Assembly (NCBI RefSeq): GCF_018350175.1
Contig: NC_058386.1
Location: forward strand, 89,838,001 to 89,902,000
DNA length: 64,000 bases
Source of the DNA: Felis catus
Lineage: Eukaryota
Direction of reading: 5' to 3'
The notes under the pieces: generated by a model
Told to the model about the DNA's origin: nothing
The model's input: only the letters and a program-made list of their open reading frames with translations
Databases searched by the model: none
Position numbers and translations under genes: made by a program
Shown: positions 1 through 13,015 of the stretch, piece by piece
Numbering within the stretch: position 1 is the first letter of the stretch
How the letters are laid out: each line of letters opens with the position of its first letter

Positions 1-60
1 TAAACAAAAAAAGAAGTATATTTTTTGTTCAACTAGATTGTGTTATATCATAGTACTTTC

Positions 61-273
61 TTTTTAAACATTTTTTAAAAATATTTATTAATTTTTGAGA
101 GAGTGAGACAGAGTGTGAGCAGGGGACAGACAGAGAGAGAGGGAGACACAGAATCCAAAGTAGGCTCCAGACTCTGGGTTGTGAGCACAGAGCCCAATGC
201 GGGGCTCAAACTCACGAACCATGAGATCATGACCTGAGCTGAAGTCAGACGCTCAACTGACAGACACCCTAAA
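61..273 (-). mobile_element. CAN-SINE (feliform)
   Basis: tRNA-derived head, (CT)n and A tail in reverse. TSD ATCATAGTACTTTC 47-60 and 274-287. Confidence 0.95.
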
Positions 274-469
274 ATCATAGTACTTTCAAGTGAAATGATA
301 AGTGGGCTAATGAAATCAAGTTTTCTTAGTGTGGAAAGTAAGAAGAATAGTGGAAATACAAGACTTTTTAAGTGATTTGCCCCATTTAGGTAAAGAAGGC
401 ATCACGATCTGTCCTTTGCAGATCTTGTCCTTGTGGTATGGTTAATGAATAATAAAAAAAAAAATTACA

Positions 470-660
470 GTTAACACTCATTGACGACCTACAATGTGCT
501 ATATCCTATCTGTCCTTAAAAAAAAGAAAAAGCCTGCAGCGAAGGCAACATTTTGGAGACGAGAAAGCTGAGGCTCAGAGAGGTGATAGGGAGTTGCTTA
601 CAGTCATGGCCAGGAGGTTGCTCAGCTAGAAATTATGTCTCACGTCTGTTTGTCTCTGAA
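470..660 (-). mobile_element. MIR
   Basis: Core gagaaagctgaggctcagagaggtga. Confidence 0.7.
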
Positions 661-1180
661 GCCAGGGGAGAGAAACGGCAGATACACGGATTTCTTCACA
701 TCATAAGGATGTCCTTGCTAAGAGACAGCTCAGTCCAAAGATGGAATGAGCTGCCTCCTGAGCTAATGAGGTTTTTTTTCCCCCCACTGGAAGCAGGATC
801 ACTACATAATTTGGGGGACCCAGTGCAAAACGAAATAGCCATATGCCCACAAAGCTAGTTCTGCAGAGTTTCCAAGCAGAAGTTAGCCAGCTTCTAGACA
901 GGAATTTTAGAGAGAGTAGTCGACACGAGCTGTACCTGAGGCTGGCTATTAGCCCAGATGGGTTAGAGTGGCTTCCCAGGGTGGCTGACATGACACCTCA
1001 GAAGCCATCAGATGACTCAGAGAGATCCGTGTTGATAGGATCATAAAAACATGCTCTGCCCTGTGAGACAGCACAAGCACTCAGGAGAAAACAAGAAAGG
1101 GGTAGGGGTTCAAATTCTGACTCTGCCACTTACTGGCTACTGGGTGCCTTTGAACACGTCACTTAAAACTCTCGGAGAGA

Positions 1181-1300
1181 GGGGCGCCTGGCAGGTTCAG
1201 TCGGGAGAGCATGCGACTGTGGATCTCAGGGTCGTGGGTTCAAGCCTCACGTTCGGCATAGAGCTTTACTTAAAAAAACAAAACCAAACCAAAAAAAAAC
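1181..1300 (+). mobile_element. Short CAN-SINE inserted in a MIR (about 1080-1430)
   Basis: ggggcgcctgg...A tail, AAAACTCTC duplicated on both sides. Confidence 0.85.
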
Positions 1301-1494
1301 TCTCAGCGACTATTATATCACCTACAATACGATCATAGTACCTGCCTTGCAGGGTTGTGGGGAGGTTTCAGTGAGATGATTCAAGTCAAATGTCCCTGGC
1401 ACTTGTTAAGTCCTCAGTAAGTGCTAGTCTGTTGCTTTCTTTCTGTTATTGAGATGAGAGGTATGACATTTGGTGATTTGCTTCTTGTCGATCC

Positions 1495-1516
1495 CTTTTT
1501 TTTTAAACTTATTTTT

Positions 1517-1547
<31 letters not shown>

Positions 1548-1712
1548 CACGAATGGGCGAGGGGCAGAGAGAGAGGGAGACACAATCTAAAACAGGCTCC
1601 AAGCTCTGAGCTGTGAGCACAAAGCCCGACCTGGGGCTTGAACCCATGAACTGGGAGATCATGACCTGCGCCAAAGTCAGACGCTTAACCCAATGAGCCA
1701 CCCAGGCTCCCC
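1495..1712 (-). mobile_element. CAN-SINE
   Basis: Consensus match. Confidence 0.95.
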
Positions 1713-2799
1713 CTCTTGTGATCACTTAATAGCCTGGTAGACAAGTCTTCCAGACCCACCCGGCAACTCAGAAACTCACTCCCTCTGCGGTCTTCCCAAT
1801 CAGCTGGATACTGGTGGTGGGCTGTGGGTGAAGGTAGAGTGCGGCCGGTTGTCGATGGTAATAACAATGAATCTTCAAGGAGAATGGAGCTCACAAGGTT
1901 TTCCCCTAGCCCTGAAGTCACTCCCTCACAGGAGAGGACTGTTTAAATCTGATCTTGAAATCCTGCCAGGAGAATGTTTTACCAATGCTGACTTTTCACA
2001 CTATCAGAACTCAGGATAAAATTCAGTCGTCTCCAGCAAAGACCATAATGCACTAGCCACTTGGAATGGCAAGAACCACTTCTCTGTCTGCAAAACCTTC
2101 ATCCCACCTCTTCACAATTCTGTGAAACAGCCTGTGTAGCCTAGCACGGAATGCCCACAGTTTTCCAGAAACTTCATTGTTTCTTACACAGTACAGAGAG
2201 AATGGTGCGAGAACTAAGGGGACATTGCAGTAAATCATTGAATAGCTTGACTTCTTTTTTTTTTTTTTCTCGGCAACACCCAAATCAAACCATTAATTAA
2301 CTGGGCAAAAGGCTGAAACTATTAGATACTAATCCCCCTCCTCTCCCCATATCCACGTGCTTCACTGCAGTTTCTAACTCAGGACGGGTGGAATATTTCT
2401 TTTGCTTTTGTTTGAAAAAAAAAAAACACTTTTCATTTGGCCTTGGGCTCAACTCATAAGTTGTCTTTCCACTAGATTGCATAAGCTGCATCTCTGCACA
2501 CATTTTAATTTGTACAGGGAGTCTGGATTTTAATATCTACTCTCACCTCCCTCTCTGCTTTTGTCCTTTTCTTCAGGACCCTGATTTCCTGTGGACATTC
2601 ATTCTGAAGTCTGACATATGTAGCCTGCCCAATTTCTTTTGCTACAGTGAGGCATAGCCTTGGGGGATCATAAGTATGAAATATTTCCATCATGATCTAT
2701 CTTTGGGGATGGGGAGGTCCTTAGCATTGGAGAGAAAAACAGAGCAGGTCATGGAAGTTCATTGAATAATTACTTATTTACTAGATGTTCATGTTCTTT

Positions 2800-3290
2800 C
2801 ATATCTCTCTCCTCTCCCCCATCCCTTGGGCCACTACCTTAGCTCAGTTTCCAGTCCCCTCTTCCCGGAGTGTTGCAATAATCTACCTAGTCGTTCTATG
2901 TCCAGCTTCTCCCTCTTCAAATGATCCTAAACATAGCTGCCAGTCATCTCTCTAAACCTCAGACCTTGGCTAAAGATCCTTAATGGCTCCCCATTATCTA
3001 CCGAGTAATGTACAAACTCCTCATCCTGGCATTCAAGGCTTTCCTCACTTAGGCGCTTACCGATCTTCCTTCCCAGCCTTTGGTCCCATTCCTCTTCTGC
3101 ACCTTTCTTTGACATGGGCTGAATTTGACCACTCCTTGTTTCCAAAGCACACTCTATGCTCTCCTACTTCAGTGTTTCTTCCACCTGTAATACCTCCCTT
3201 CCACAGAGTTCTCTGTTCACCATCCTATCTGTTCACTAGTTCTATCTACTTCATGAAGCCTTTCCAGGATCCTTCTCTGTGAATGTCTAC
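2800..3290 (+). mobile_element. L2 3' fragment
   Basis: Pyrimidine-rich L2 motifs (ggctccccatt...caaactcctca...tggcattcaaggc). Confidence 0.65.
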
Positions 3291-3305
3291 AGCATTTAGC
3301 ATTTC

Positions 3306-3523
3306 TTTTTTTAAATTTTTTTTTTAACATTTATCCATTTGAGAGAGGCAGAGCATGAGCAAGGGAGGGGCAGAGAGAGAGAGAGGAGACACAGAATACA
3401 AAACAGGCTCCAGGCTCTGAGCTGTCAGCACAGAGCCCGATGTGGGGCTTGAACCCACGAACCATGAGATCATGACCTGAGCCGAAGTCGGGCGCTTAAG
3501 CGATTGAGCCACCCAGGTGCCCC
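3306..3523 (-). mobile_element. CAN-SINE
   Basis: Consensus match. Confidence 0.95.
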
Positions 3524-3524
3524 T

Positions 3525-3862
3525 CAAATAATGTATTTTTAATGAGGAATAACTATGTTTTCCAACGCCCCCCCCCAAAATTTAGTGAGAAGAATAGCAT
3601 CATTGTCCATTTCTGCAAATCTCTCTAATATCTGGATGAATAGAAGAGAGCTGGATTCTCGTATCTGCTTCTGCATTCAATCTGTTGCAATATCACACAT
3701 CATGCAGACTCTGGAAAACTCCATTATACATTTATAAGAGTATGAAAGTGACAAAAACAAAAACAAAACAAAACAAAACAAAAGGCCTTGGTATTTTTGT
3801 GAAAATAAGGTTGACCTCACAGATCTCCAGAGGTTCCCTGAGCCACACTTTGAGAACTGCTG
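3525..3862. mobile_element. hAT-Charlie DNA transposon fragment (Charlie1-like)
   Basis: gcaaatctctctaatatctgg...tctgcttctgcattcaatctgttg and terminus cacactttgagaactgctg. Confidence 0.7.
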
Positions 3863-3899
3863 GTCAACAATACAGAGCTAACATATATGAAGTGCTTAG

Positions 3900-4725
3900 A
3901 TAGTGCCTGGCACATAATCAGTGGTATGTGTTTGCTATTATTATCTTCTTCAATCCCCACAATCGCCCCCTCCCCCCACCAACATGATATGGGTACTTAC
4001 TATCCCCATTTTCCAGCTGGGAAAACTAAGGCACAGAGAAGTTAAGTAACTTGCCTAAGGTTATGCGGAAGCAGAGGCGGATCTAGGATTTTGAAGCCGG
4101 TTACTCTTTCCCCAGCACCTAGATTCATAACCACTCTGTTAGACGGCCTCTCCACCTACTCAGTAAAGGAGTGAAGGGCAAAGGTTATGTCTTGTCATCT
4201 CTATATGCCCAGGTTCAGACCGACCCATTGAACTTTGAATAATCCTGGCATTTATGAATGACTGTTAGGCAGCAGTCTCTAAAAGTTAAATCGTGAGCAT
4301 GATGAAATTGACCCTGAGGGTCTGTGGGAGGTGAAAGAGTTAAAAAGGAATTCATGGACTTTGGAACGAGACAGACATGGATGGCTTCAAATGTCATTTC
4401 CGCCGCTACCTGGCTGTGAGATCTAGACCTGGTTTTTAACCTGTTGGAGCCTTCATCTCCCCTGTTGTAAAATGGTGCTATACCATTTTCATAGGTTGCT
4501 GATGTATAGATTAAATGTATGTAAAGCACCTGATGTCTCAGAGATGTTCAGTAGCAGTCAGTTTGCTTTAGTCTTCTTTGACCTCATTAGTATGTAAAGT
4601 CCAAGAGGACAGGGTGGTTCTTTTTTGTTTGTTTATTTGTTTGTTTCGTCTGTGTTGGTCACTGCCATATCCCCAGAGCCCACAACAGTGCCTGGCACAC
4701 AGGAGGTGCTCAATAAATGAATGAT
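3900..4725. mobile_element. Two MIRs and an L2 3' end
   Basis: gaaaactaaggcacagagaagttaagtaacttgcc; cagtgcctggcacacaggaggtgctcaataaat. Confidence 0.7.
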
Positions 4726-4894
4726 CCTGGATGAGCTAGCACAGTGCAAAAACATACCACGTGGCTCAATATTATGTTGACTTTATTGAATGGAATAGTT
4801 GTACTGATTAGAGCAATTATAGTGCCCCGAGCTAACTCTATTTCCACTAAGAGTAACTATTTATGAAGACCCCATGGTGGGTATGGTTATGTGC

Positions 4895-5030
4895 ACAACT
4901 GCCAATCAGCTGCCAATTGGGTGGGCCCTGGGGGCCACCCAATTCCCTTCTGTGCATTGCTCTCTGGGGAGACACATTTGAGTGGTCCTTGGAGACACCA
5001 AAATGGCGGCTGCGCTGGCTCTGCCGGTCT
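4895..5030 (+). promoter_or_regulatory. Promoter/enhancer-like motif cluster (CCAAT/NFI half-sites, E-box, YY1)
   Basis: TGCCAATCAGCTGCCAATTGG, inverted repeat 4915-4944, YY1-type CAAAATGGCGGC 4999-5010. Confidence 0.4.
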
Positions 5031-5932
5031 GGGGGATGTGGACTCCAGCAGCAAGCACAGCTTCTTCTCCATGCTCCTTGCTCACTCTCACTGTTTGTTC
5101 CCATCATCACCATGCTCACTCCTCAGACGATGTTTTGAAACCCCCCCACCCCGGTTTTCTTGTTAACAACAGGCTTGCTCTTCCATGATATTCACTATCA
5201 TACCACCCCCAGCCCCTTTTTCACTGCACCTTTGAATTGCTCCCTGGCGTTCCTTTCTTGATTGCCTTCCATTTCTCTGATAGCTTTTGGGAAGTGCCTT
5301 TTTGTGGCCTACTTTCTTAGTAAGTGGTTAGGTAAGATTCCGATTTTCATCTGATATTGTCTCTCTATGAGACACAAAAAGGAAAAGGGTCTGCTTTCAG
5401 CGGCTCTTTTAGCTTTATTTTAAATTGTGAGCCATGGAAGTCTCCTGTCAGACTGTCCCCTTTATTGCAAGAGTTTCTTCCCTTTCCTTCAGTGACGAGT
5501 TGTGACTTCAGAGCTGGAGTACAGGGGCAGCCCATCAGGGTTTTTGCACGATCCTACTTTTTGCCTCTGGGTCCACTTTTGGCCTTCCATACATACAGTG
5601 ACTTAACTTTCTTGGTGTATGATTTTTACCTATTTTGGAAACAAGTCTTGCTTTCTCTACTCCCTCCCAAATGTAGTTGCTGAAGTAAATACCCCCCCCC
5701 CAACATACATTCTTTCACACACACAGACATGGGCACATGTTCACGTATGTGACGTACAAACATAATTTTGAGCGATGGGGAAAGTACTGGGAAATGGGGA
5801 AGCAGATGTATTATTTTTCATTCAGATACACTTCCCAATCCTGACAAACTAAAATCCGGGGATTCTGTTTTTGAAATATATGCATGGCCTTTGAGTGGTC
5901 TGCAAACCACCCCTGAAATCGATCCATTCGAT

Positions 5933-6166
5933 TATTTATTTATTTATTTAAAAAATTTCTTTAATGTTTTTTCTTTTGAGAGAGAGAGAGAGAGAGAGAG
6001 AGCAAGAGCAGGGGAGGGGCAGAGAGAGGGAGACACAGAATCTGAAGCAGGCTCCAGGCTCCGAGCTGTCAGCACAGAGCCAGACGTGGGGCTCAACTCA
6101 CGAACCGTGGGATCATGACCTGAGCTGAAGTCGGATGCTTAACTGACTGAGCCAACCAGGCGCCCC
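5933..6166 (-). mobile_element. CAN-SINE (followed by a MIR to about 6370)
   Basis: Consensus match. Confidence 0.95.
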
Positions 6167-6593
6167 TTCAATAATTTATTGGGCATCTACTATGTGATGG
6201 ACACTGGTAGATGGATCTATATGTGTCACATAATTTATCCTTTATTATAACCCTAAGAACAGAATATTATACTCTGCACATACTGATGAGGAAATGGAGT
6301 CTCAGTGAAGGGAAATGACTTGCCCAAGATCACTCAGTCAGTAGTAAATCTGAATTTGAAAGCTGGTTCTGCTTCCTTATCATCATCGGGCCTTCCAAAC
6401 ACAAAGGAGAAGTTGAAATTTCAACGGATGGGAATGGGGCAGGGTAAAAAAGCTACAGTATTTGAATAACATGACTGTAGGTGCAAGCATGGGGAGAGTG
6501 AAAGTGTAGCTACATGTAGAAGAGTAGTAGGAGTTAAGGTTGCAAAATGATGATGGTGACAAAACATATGAGGTTTAGAAATTTGGACTTCTT

Positions 6594-6803
6594 GGGGCGC
6601 CTGGGTGGCGCAGTCAGTTAAGCATGGACTCTTGATCTCTGCCCAGGTCATGATCTCAGAGTTCGTGAGTTCAAGTCCCGTGTCAGGCTCTGCACGGAGG
6701 GCACGGAGCCTGCTTGGGATTCTCTCTCCGCCCCTCCCTGCTTGTGCTCTCTCTCTCTGTCCAAATAAAAACAAATTGCAAAAAGAAAGAAAGAAAGAAA
6801 AGA
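6594..6803 (+). mobile_element. CAN-SINE
   Basis: Consensus match, near-TSD agaaatttg(g)acttctt. Confidence 0.95.
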
Positions 6804-8399
6804 AATTTGACTTCTTTCCATCGACCTGAGGGAACAACAAAATATTTTGGAGTAGGACAGTGACATAATCAGAGATGTGCTGTAGGAAAACAAATCCGAT
6901 TCAGGTCTGAATCCATGGTTCCTCTATGGTGTTGACAGTAGTTTTTAAAAAAATCTCCTTTGCTGAGGATTTTTTATTCATCCCAAGCCTAGGCTTTAGT
7001 CAGGATCGTCTCTTTGTATGTAAAATACGTTACCCAAAATGCAGAAGGCCGTGTGGAAAAAACAGAGAGAGAGAAGAAACAAAGCGCATGCAAGCACAAG
7101 ATAATTACATACAGGTTTGGGAAGAACGAACACAGTGGGTCATGATGAACTTTATTGAACACCGTGTAAGTGACGTGCCAACTGTAGAGGAAGGAAAGCA
7201 GCGACTAGAGCAGTACCATCAACAAGGATCTGGGAGCCACAGAGGAGGGCTGTGGGAGCAGCGTTTTCAGACTTTCTGATTCCTGTTGTTCAAAGAGCAG
7301 AAGGGAACCTACAAAGGGGGCTGGGGGAGAGCTACGGAGTCAAGCGCGAGACTAATGAGGCAAAATAGACAGAAAATAAGAAGGAAGGGTGTAACCCACA
7401 GCTGGTTTTGCTGTGTCAACGCAGTCAGACAACCGAGGCGAACGGGAAGTAGACAAGTGTTGTGAACAAGCCTCCTGCTGGTGATTCGTTTGTCAAACTC
7501 GTTGCCTGTCTCCTAGAGTCCTCTCTCCTTCTGCCTTATCCTCTGCATTCAGTCAGTCACCATGCGGCTGTGTCTACCTCAGAAGCCTCTCTTGAATATA
7601 GGCCCTTCTCCCGACTGCCGCTGACAGGGTCACGGTGTTAAATCCCATGTCCTCTCTCACCTGGACCAGGCTTCCTGCTTCTGGTTAGTCCCTTCCTCCC
7701 TTGAGTTCAGGCTTCAATCTGCCTCAAAAGTGAGCCTCCTAATACTTCCCTGCTCATAAACCTTCTGTGGCATTCCATTGCCTATGGGGCATAGTAGAAC
7801 TCCCTTAGTTTTGCACAGTGACGTGGCAAAAGAACCAAAGCGTTCTTCCCCCAGACCCACGGATGAAGGGACCACCAAGGAGTTATGGCTCAGGTGAGCA
7901 AATCTTGAAACAAGCCAACTAATAACTTCTTCCTCCTGACCTCAGAACCATCCCTCTTCTCAGTGTGTGTATATATCGTGGTTGAGTGGGTGTTGAGTAG
8001 CCTAAGCTTGCACTCAACTTAATGGTAGATTGGAGAAGGGCTAATGCCTCTTTCTCAATTGAATATACGAGACTCTTTCTTCCAAGGAGACTTCCCCATT
8101 ATAATCTTCTTTCCCAACATGGCCCATCTCCTTTCCAAAGAGTACACTGCCCTTCAAACCCTCTTCCCTCTAAGCACTCTTATCCTTGCTTAGCAACACT
8201 CACTCCCCTCGCTTGGAGGAAGGGGACCCTTCCACAAATCAAGAGTGAACACAGAAGAGGGAGAATCTCACAGTAGACCTCATATTCGTGCTCACTTTTG
8301 TTCATTCTTTTGCTGTGTGCATGGCCTTTTGCTCTGATAGCCCAGCCTGCTTCTTCTCACCCCCCCCCTTCATGATCCCCAAATACTCCAGACTCTAGT

Positions 8400-9310
8400 C
8401 ATATTGAACTTTTCAGAATTCCTCAGATAAACTAGGTCTCTGCAGAAGTTCATGAACGTGCTGTTCCTTCTGTTCAGAACACCCTTACTCCTCTTATCTC
8501 GCCAGTGAATTCCCGCCCTTCAGTAAGATCCTGCACAACTACTGCACCCTGTGGGAAACCTCTCCTGGCTGCTCCAGATAGATTAATGGCCCCTCTTCTT
8601 TAGGCACCCGAGGTATTTTTTTTTTCAAACCTTTGTTATGGCACCACACTTATCATGGAAATACGATATAGTAACTAGAAGAATAGGCTCTGGAGGCATA
8701 CTGCTTACGTTTGAGCCCCGAATCTGTTACTTATAAGCTATGTGATGCTGGGCCAATTACCTCACCTCCTTTTGCCTCAGTTTCCTCACCTGTAAGCAGG
8801 ATAAGTGAGGTCATAGTTGCAAAGCTTTTAGAACAGAGTCTGTCAAATTGTAAATGCCAATAAATAGTGGGCATCACCATCTCTTCTAATGTTGCTTTGT
8901 TACTATATATACAGCACATTGATACATAAGATACCTATATTATTATAATTATGTTATTAGTATAGCATTATTTAATGTTTAATTTAATTTTGTTTATATC
9001 TTGTCTTTCCCGCTGGCTTATAAGTGTTTTGAGGACAGGACCCTTGTACTATCTTCTCTGTAGTGCCTTGTGTAAGTACGGGCTCATTAAATATTTGTTG
9101 AAGCAGTATATTCTAGTGGGAAAAGCACCAGAGTCTGAGAAATTTGGGGTTGAATCTTGACTCTGTTTTTAGTTGTTGTATGATCTCAATCTCCCTGAGC
9201 CTCAGTTTCCTCATCTGTAAAATGGGGTGGTAATAATACCTGCCCCCTAGCGATGTTTTAAGGATTAAAAGTCAGTACATGAAAAGCATAGCCTCTAGCT
9301 TAATAAATAC
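8400..9310 (+). mobile_element. Interleaved L2 and MIR fragments
   Basis: MIR cores gcctcagtttcctcacctgtaa and cctcagtttcctcatctgtaaaatgggg, plus L2 3' motifs. Confidence 0.7.
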
Positions 9311-9396
9311 CTGCACCTGAATGAATAAACCTACCCATCTTCTGAAACTTGGGGATCTAGCGGATGAGGCAGGATAACTCCATTTACTCCCAGGAG

Positions 9397-9433
9397 TCAG
9401 AGTCCAGAGTGTTCACCATTACACCATAGAACC
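9397..9433 (-). pseudogene. Tailless retropseudogene of the 5' half of tRNA-Gln(CTG)
   Basis: Minus strand GGTTCTATGGTGTAATGGTGAACACTCTGGACTCTGA matches the mammalian tRNA-Gln-CTG 5' half up to the anticodon plus one base. Flanked by a 13-bp direct repeat CTCCCAGGAGTCA (9387-9399, 9436-9448). No poly(A). Confidence 0.9.
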
Positions 9434-10090
9434 TCCTCCCAGGAGTCAAGAGGAAAATGTGAGTCGTTTCCATTCTGTTTCATAGATCACTCTGAACCGG
9501 GGCACCATCCTCCAGAAAGCAGCAGACATGGTGGCTGAATCACCATAAAATCCTTTCTGTAAGGACTACCCCAACATCCTGTGTCCCTCCCACACAGTTC
9601 ATCCAGACACAGTCCCTCACATACCAGGTACAAGATGTATCCTCTTCCTGTGATGGGCAGAAGAAAGAGTTGCAAAATTACTGTGGGATCAAAATGTCTA
9701 TAAATCCATTCCCCTCACTTCTTCCGTAGCCCCTTCCCTTTTATTTGATAATTAACTTTCCTTACACTCACTCTCAGTGTAGCCCAAGTCTGTGAGGGGT
9801 CTCTCCATCCTGGCTCCAGCAGAATAATGGAGAAATGACAAGCATTGAAGAACATGACACTCCAGATGCAAATGGCCCGGATTCGAATCCCACTTCGACT
9901 GCCCACCGCTGTGAGACCTTGGGCTGGCTAATCACTTAGTGTCTGTGTAATTCCATTTCCCCACCTGTCAAATAGGAATAGTAAAATTACCTTCCTCCTA
10001 GGGGTTTTGTGAGGATCGAATGAGTTAATACCTCTAGAATGTTTAGAAGACTGTGACACAATAGGTGCTATTTAAATATTAGCTATCATT

Positions 10091-10200
10091 GGGGTGCCTG
10101 TGTGGCTCAGTCGGTTAAGTGTCTGACTTCGGCTCAGGTCATGATCTCCCAGTTCCTGGGTTTGAGCCCCAGGTCAGACTCTGAGCTGACAGCTCAGAGC
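10091..10200 (+). mobile_element. CAN-SINE 5' part running into an assembly gap
   Basis: ggggtgcctgtgtggctcagtcggttaag... Confidence 0.9.
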
Positions 10201-10341
10201 NNNNNNNNNNNNNNNNNNNNNNNNNNNNNNNNNNNNNNNNNNNNNNNNNNNNNNNNNNNNNNNNNNNNNNNNNNNNNNNNNNNNNNNNNNNNNNNNNNNN
10301 NNNNNNNNNNNNNNNNNNNNNNNNNNNNNNNNNNNNNNNNN
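10201..10341. other. Assembly gap (141 N)
   Basis: Run of N. Confidence 1.
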
Positions 10342-11290
10342 NTATTATTATTTTAACAACTTCATTGGGATGTGATTCGTATATGATCAAACCATAGAAT
10401 TCACCCATGCATACAGTTCAGTGGTTTTTAATATAGTCACAGAGTTGTGCGGCCATCACCATAATCCAGTTCTGTAGTTTTTGTCACACCCAAAAGGAAC
10501 CCTGTACCCATTAAGCACACAGCCATTCCCATCCCTGACTCCCTTTCTCAGCCCCAAGTAACCACCAATCTGTTTGCTGTAGATTTGCCTCTTCTGAACA
10601 TTTCATATTAAAGGGACCCATATGAGGTAGGTGGTCTTTTGTGACTTTTCTCACCTAGCGTGATGTTTTCAAGGTTCATCCCTGTTGTAGAATGTATCAG
10701 TAGTTCATTCCTTCTTCAGGATGAATAATATTCCATTTATCAATACATCACATTTTGTTTACCCGTTCATCAGCTGACTAGCGTTTGGGTTGTTTTCCAC
10801 CTTTTGGTTATTATGAATAACACTGCCATGAACTTTCATTTACAAGTTTTTATGTGAAAGTACTGTTTCAATTCTGTTGGGTATATACCTGGGGTTGGAA
10901 TTGCTGGATCATATGGTAATGCTATGTCTAACAGTCTGACGAACGGCCAAGATATTTTGCATAGCAGCCGGACTATGGTACATTTCTCCCAGTGGTGGCG
11001 ATGAGAGTTCCTGTCTCCACATTTTCATCAACACTAGTTATTACCTGTCTGTTTCATTATAGCCATCCCAGANNNNNNNNNNNNNNNNNNNNNNNNNNNN
11101 NNNNNNNNNNNNNNNNNNNNNNNNNNNNNNNNNNNNNNNNNNNNNNNNNNNNNNNNNNNNNNNNNNNNNNNNNNNNNNNNNNNNNNNNNNNNNNNNNNNN
11201 NNNNNNNNNNNNNNNNNNNNNNNNNNNNNTATTATTGAATTGTCGTGTTCTTTCTACGTTCTGTATACAAAGCCCCTGTCCGTGCAATTA
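10342..11290 (-). mobile_element. Old L1 (L1MB/MC-like) 3' UTR and ORF2 end
   Basis: atgttttcaaggttcatccctgttgtag; ggaattgctggatcatatggtaat. Confidence 0.85.
11073..11229. other. Assembly gap (157 N)
   Basis: Run of N. Confidence 1.
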
Positions 11291-11365
11291 TTTCCTCTCA
11301 TTACCTGTGTTATCTTCTCGCTTTTCTGAAGCTCTGTTTATTAAATAGAAATTTACAAGTTCCCC

Positions 11366-11545
11366 GGGGCGCCTGGGTGGCTCAGCGGTTAAGCGCATGG
11401 CTCTGGGTTTCGGCTCAGGTCATAATCTCACGGTTCATGAGTTTGAGCCCCACTTTGGGCTCTGCCTGCTTGGGATTCTCTCTCTCTATCTGCCCCTCTC
11501 CTGCTCCCGCGCTCTCTCTCTCTCTCCAAATAAATAAATAAAACT
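11366..11545 (+). mobile_element. CAN-SINE
   Basis: TSD ..tttacaagttccc on both sides. Confidence 0.9.
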
Positions 11546-12154
11546 TGTACAAAATTTTACAAGTTCCCATATGATAAAGAGCACAGACTATATTGGAGAG
11601 AGCATGATCTAAAAAACCGGCTAAGAGATACCCTTAGGTACACTACCCTTCTCTACGACTCTCCTTTGAAATTGAATCCACACCAGACTGATCTTCTGTT
11701 CTGTAGGGAATAAGCTCTGGTCTCTGTCCTCAAAGAACTTACTAACTTAGAGGGGAGTAAAGATGCAAAGTACATACAGAAACTTCAATAATTATAACAT
11801 GTTTAAATAGTAGTTCAAGACCACAATAGAAAAGATGCCACATGGTACTGTGTGATTAATTGCCAAATGAATTGCATGAAGAATAATTGCTATGGGAACT
11901 CAAAGGAGAGACAGCGAACACTTGGGGCCTGGCTGGTCAGGGAGAGCTTTAAGGAGGAGGGATTTAAGTGATCTGTAATTGACTGCAGCCATGCCTGCAT
12001 AATACTAAGCAAAGACATGGAGAGCAAAAAATATTGACTTTGTTTCAAGTCAAGCATCTTAATTATTGAACTGATAACACTACTTCATTTCAACCTCAGC
12101 AAAAGACCCACAGTTCCACCTGCCCTAGGAAGACTTACGTGGTCTCTGTCTAGT

Positions 12155-12400
12155 CCTGAGGTTACCAATTCGCAATACAACCAGCCACATCTGGCTCACC
12201 GACACATTTTGTTTGGCCCGATTACAAAAATTTAGAATTAGCTGCAAAAAAATATTGTAATGGGCAAATTTCACACAAAATATGTATTCTGTTTCTCTAG
12301 AAAATCAGAAAACCTGGCAATCCTGGGTTGGAGCATGTAGTCTCTCGCACCATGGCTGATTTCACCCCTGCTTGCCCCTGCAGAGTGCTCAGTTTCAGAC
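12155..12400. mobile_element. hAT-Charlie MITE (MER102-like)
   Basis: tttgtttggccc...gaattag...atttcacacaaaa...tctagaaaatcagaaaacctggcaa. Confidence 0.55.
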
Positions 12401-12552
12401 TTCTGAGGAAGTACATGAGGAGCACATCTGTTTCCATTCCCTGCTTTGGGGCAGGCATAGTATTATTACCCTTAATTTTACAGAATATTAATTAAAACCC
12501 ATAGAGGTTGTGACTTGCCCAAGGTCACAGAGCTATTAAGTGGAACATGGAG

Positions 12553-13015
12553 AGGGGCGCCTGGGTGGCTCAGTCGGTTAAGTGTCCGACTTTGGCTCAG
12601 GTCATGAATTCGCCGTTCATGGGTTCGAGCCCCGCATTAGGCTCTGTGTTGACAGCTCAGGGCCTGGAGCCTGCTTTGGATTCTGTGTCTCCCTCTCTCT
12701 CTGCCCCTCCCCCCCCACTTGTGCGTTCTCTCTCTCTCTCTCTCAAAAATAAGTAAACATTAATGAAAAGATTTTTAGGGGTGTCTGGTGGCTGAGTCAG
12801 TTAAGCATCTGACTTTGGCTCAGGCTCAGGTCATGATCTCACGGTTCGTGGGTTTGAGTCCCGTGTCGGGCTCTGTGCCGACAGCTCAGAGCCTGGAGCC
12901 TGCTTTGGATTCTGTGTCTTCCTCTCTCTCTCTCTCTCTCTGCCCCTCCCTTACTTGTGCTCTCTCTGTCTCTCTCAAAAACAAATAAACATTGAAAACG
13001 AAAATTACAAAAATA
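12553..13015 (+). mobile_element. Tandem pair of CAN-SINEs (12553-12775, 12778-13015)
   Basis: Two consensus copies. A degenerate TSD ggaaca(t/c)ggaga flanks the pair. Confidence 0.95.

Noticed and set aside
4915-4944. Possible pre-miRNA hairpin
   Set aside because: Stem is only about 10-13 bp, too short for a Drosha substrate, and no known mature sequence is recognised.
9397-9433. Functional tRNA gene
   Set aside because: The 3' half, B box and terminator are missing.
10102-11348. ORFs spanning N runs
   Set aside because: Artefacts of assembly gaps.
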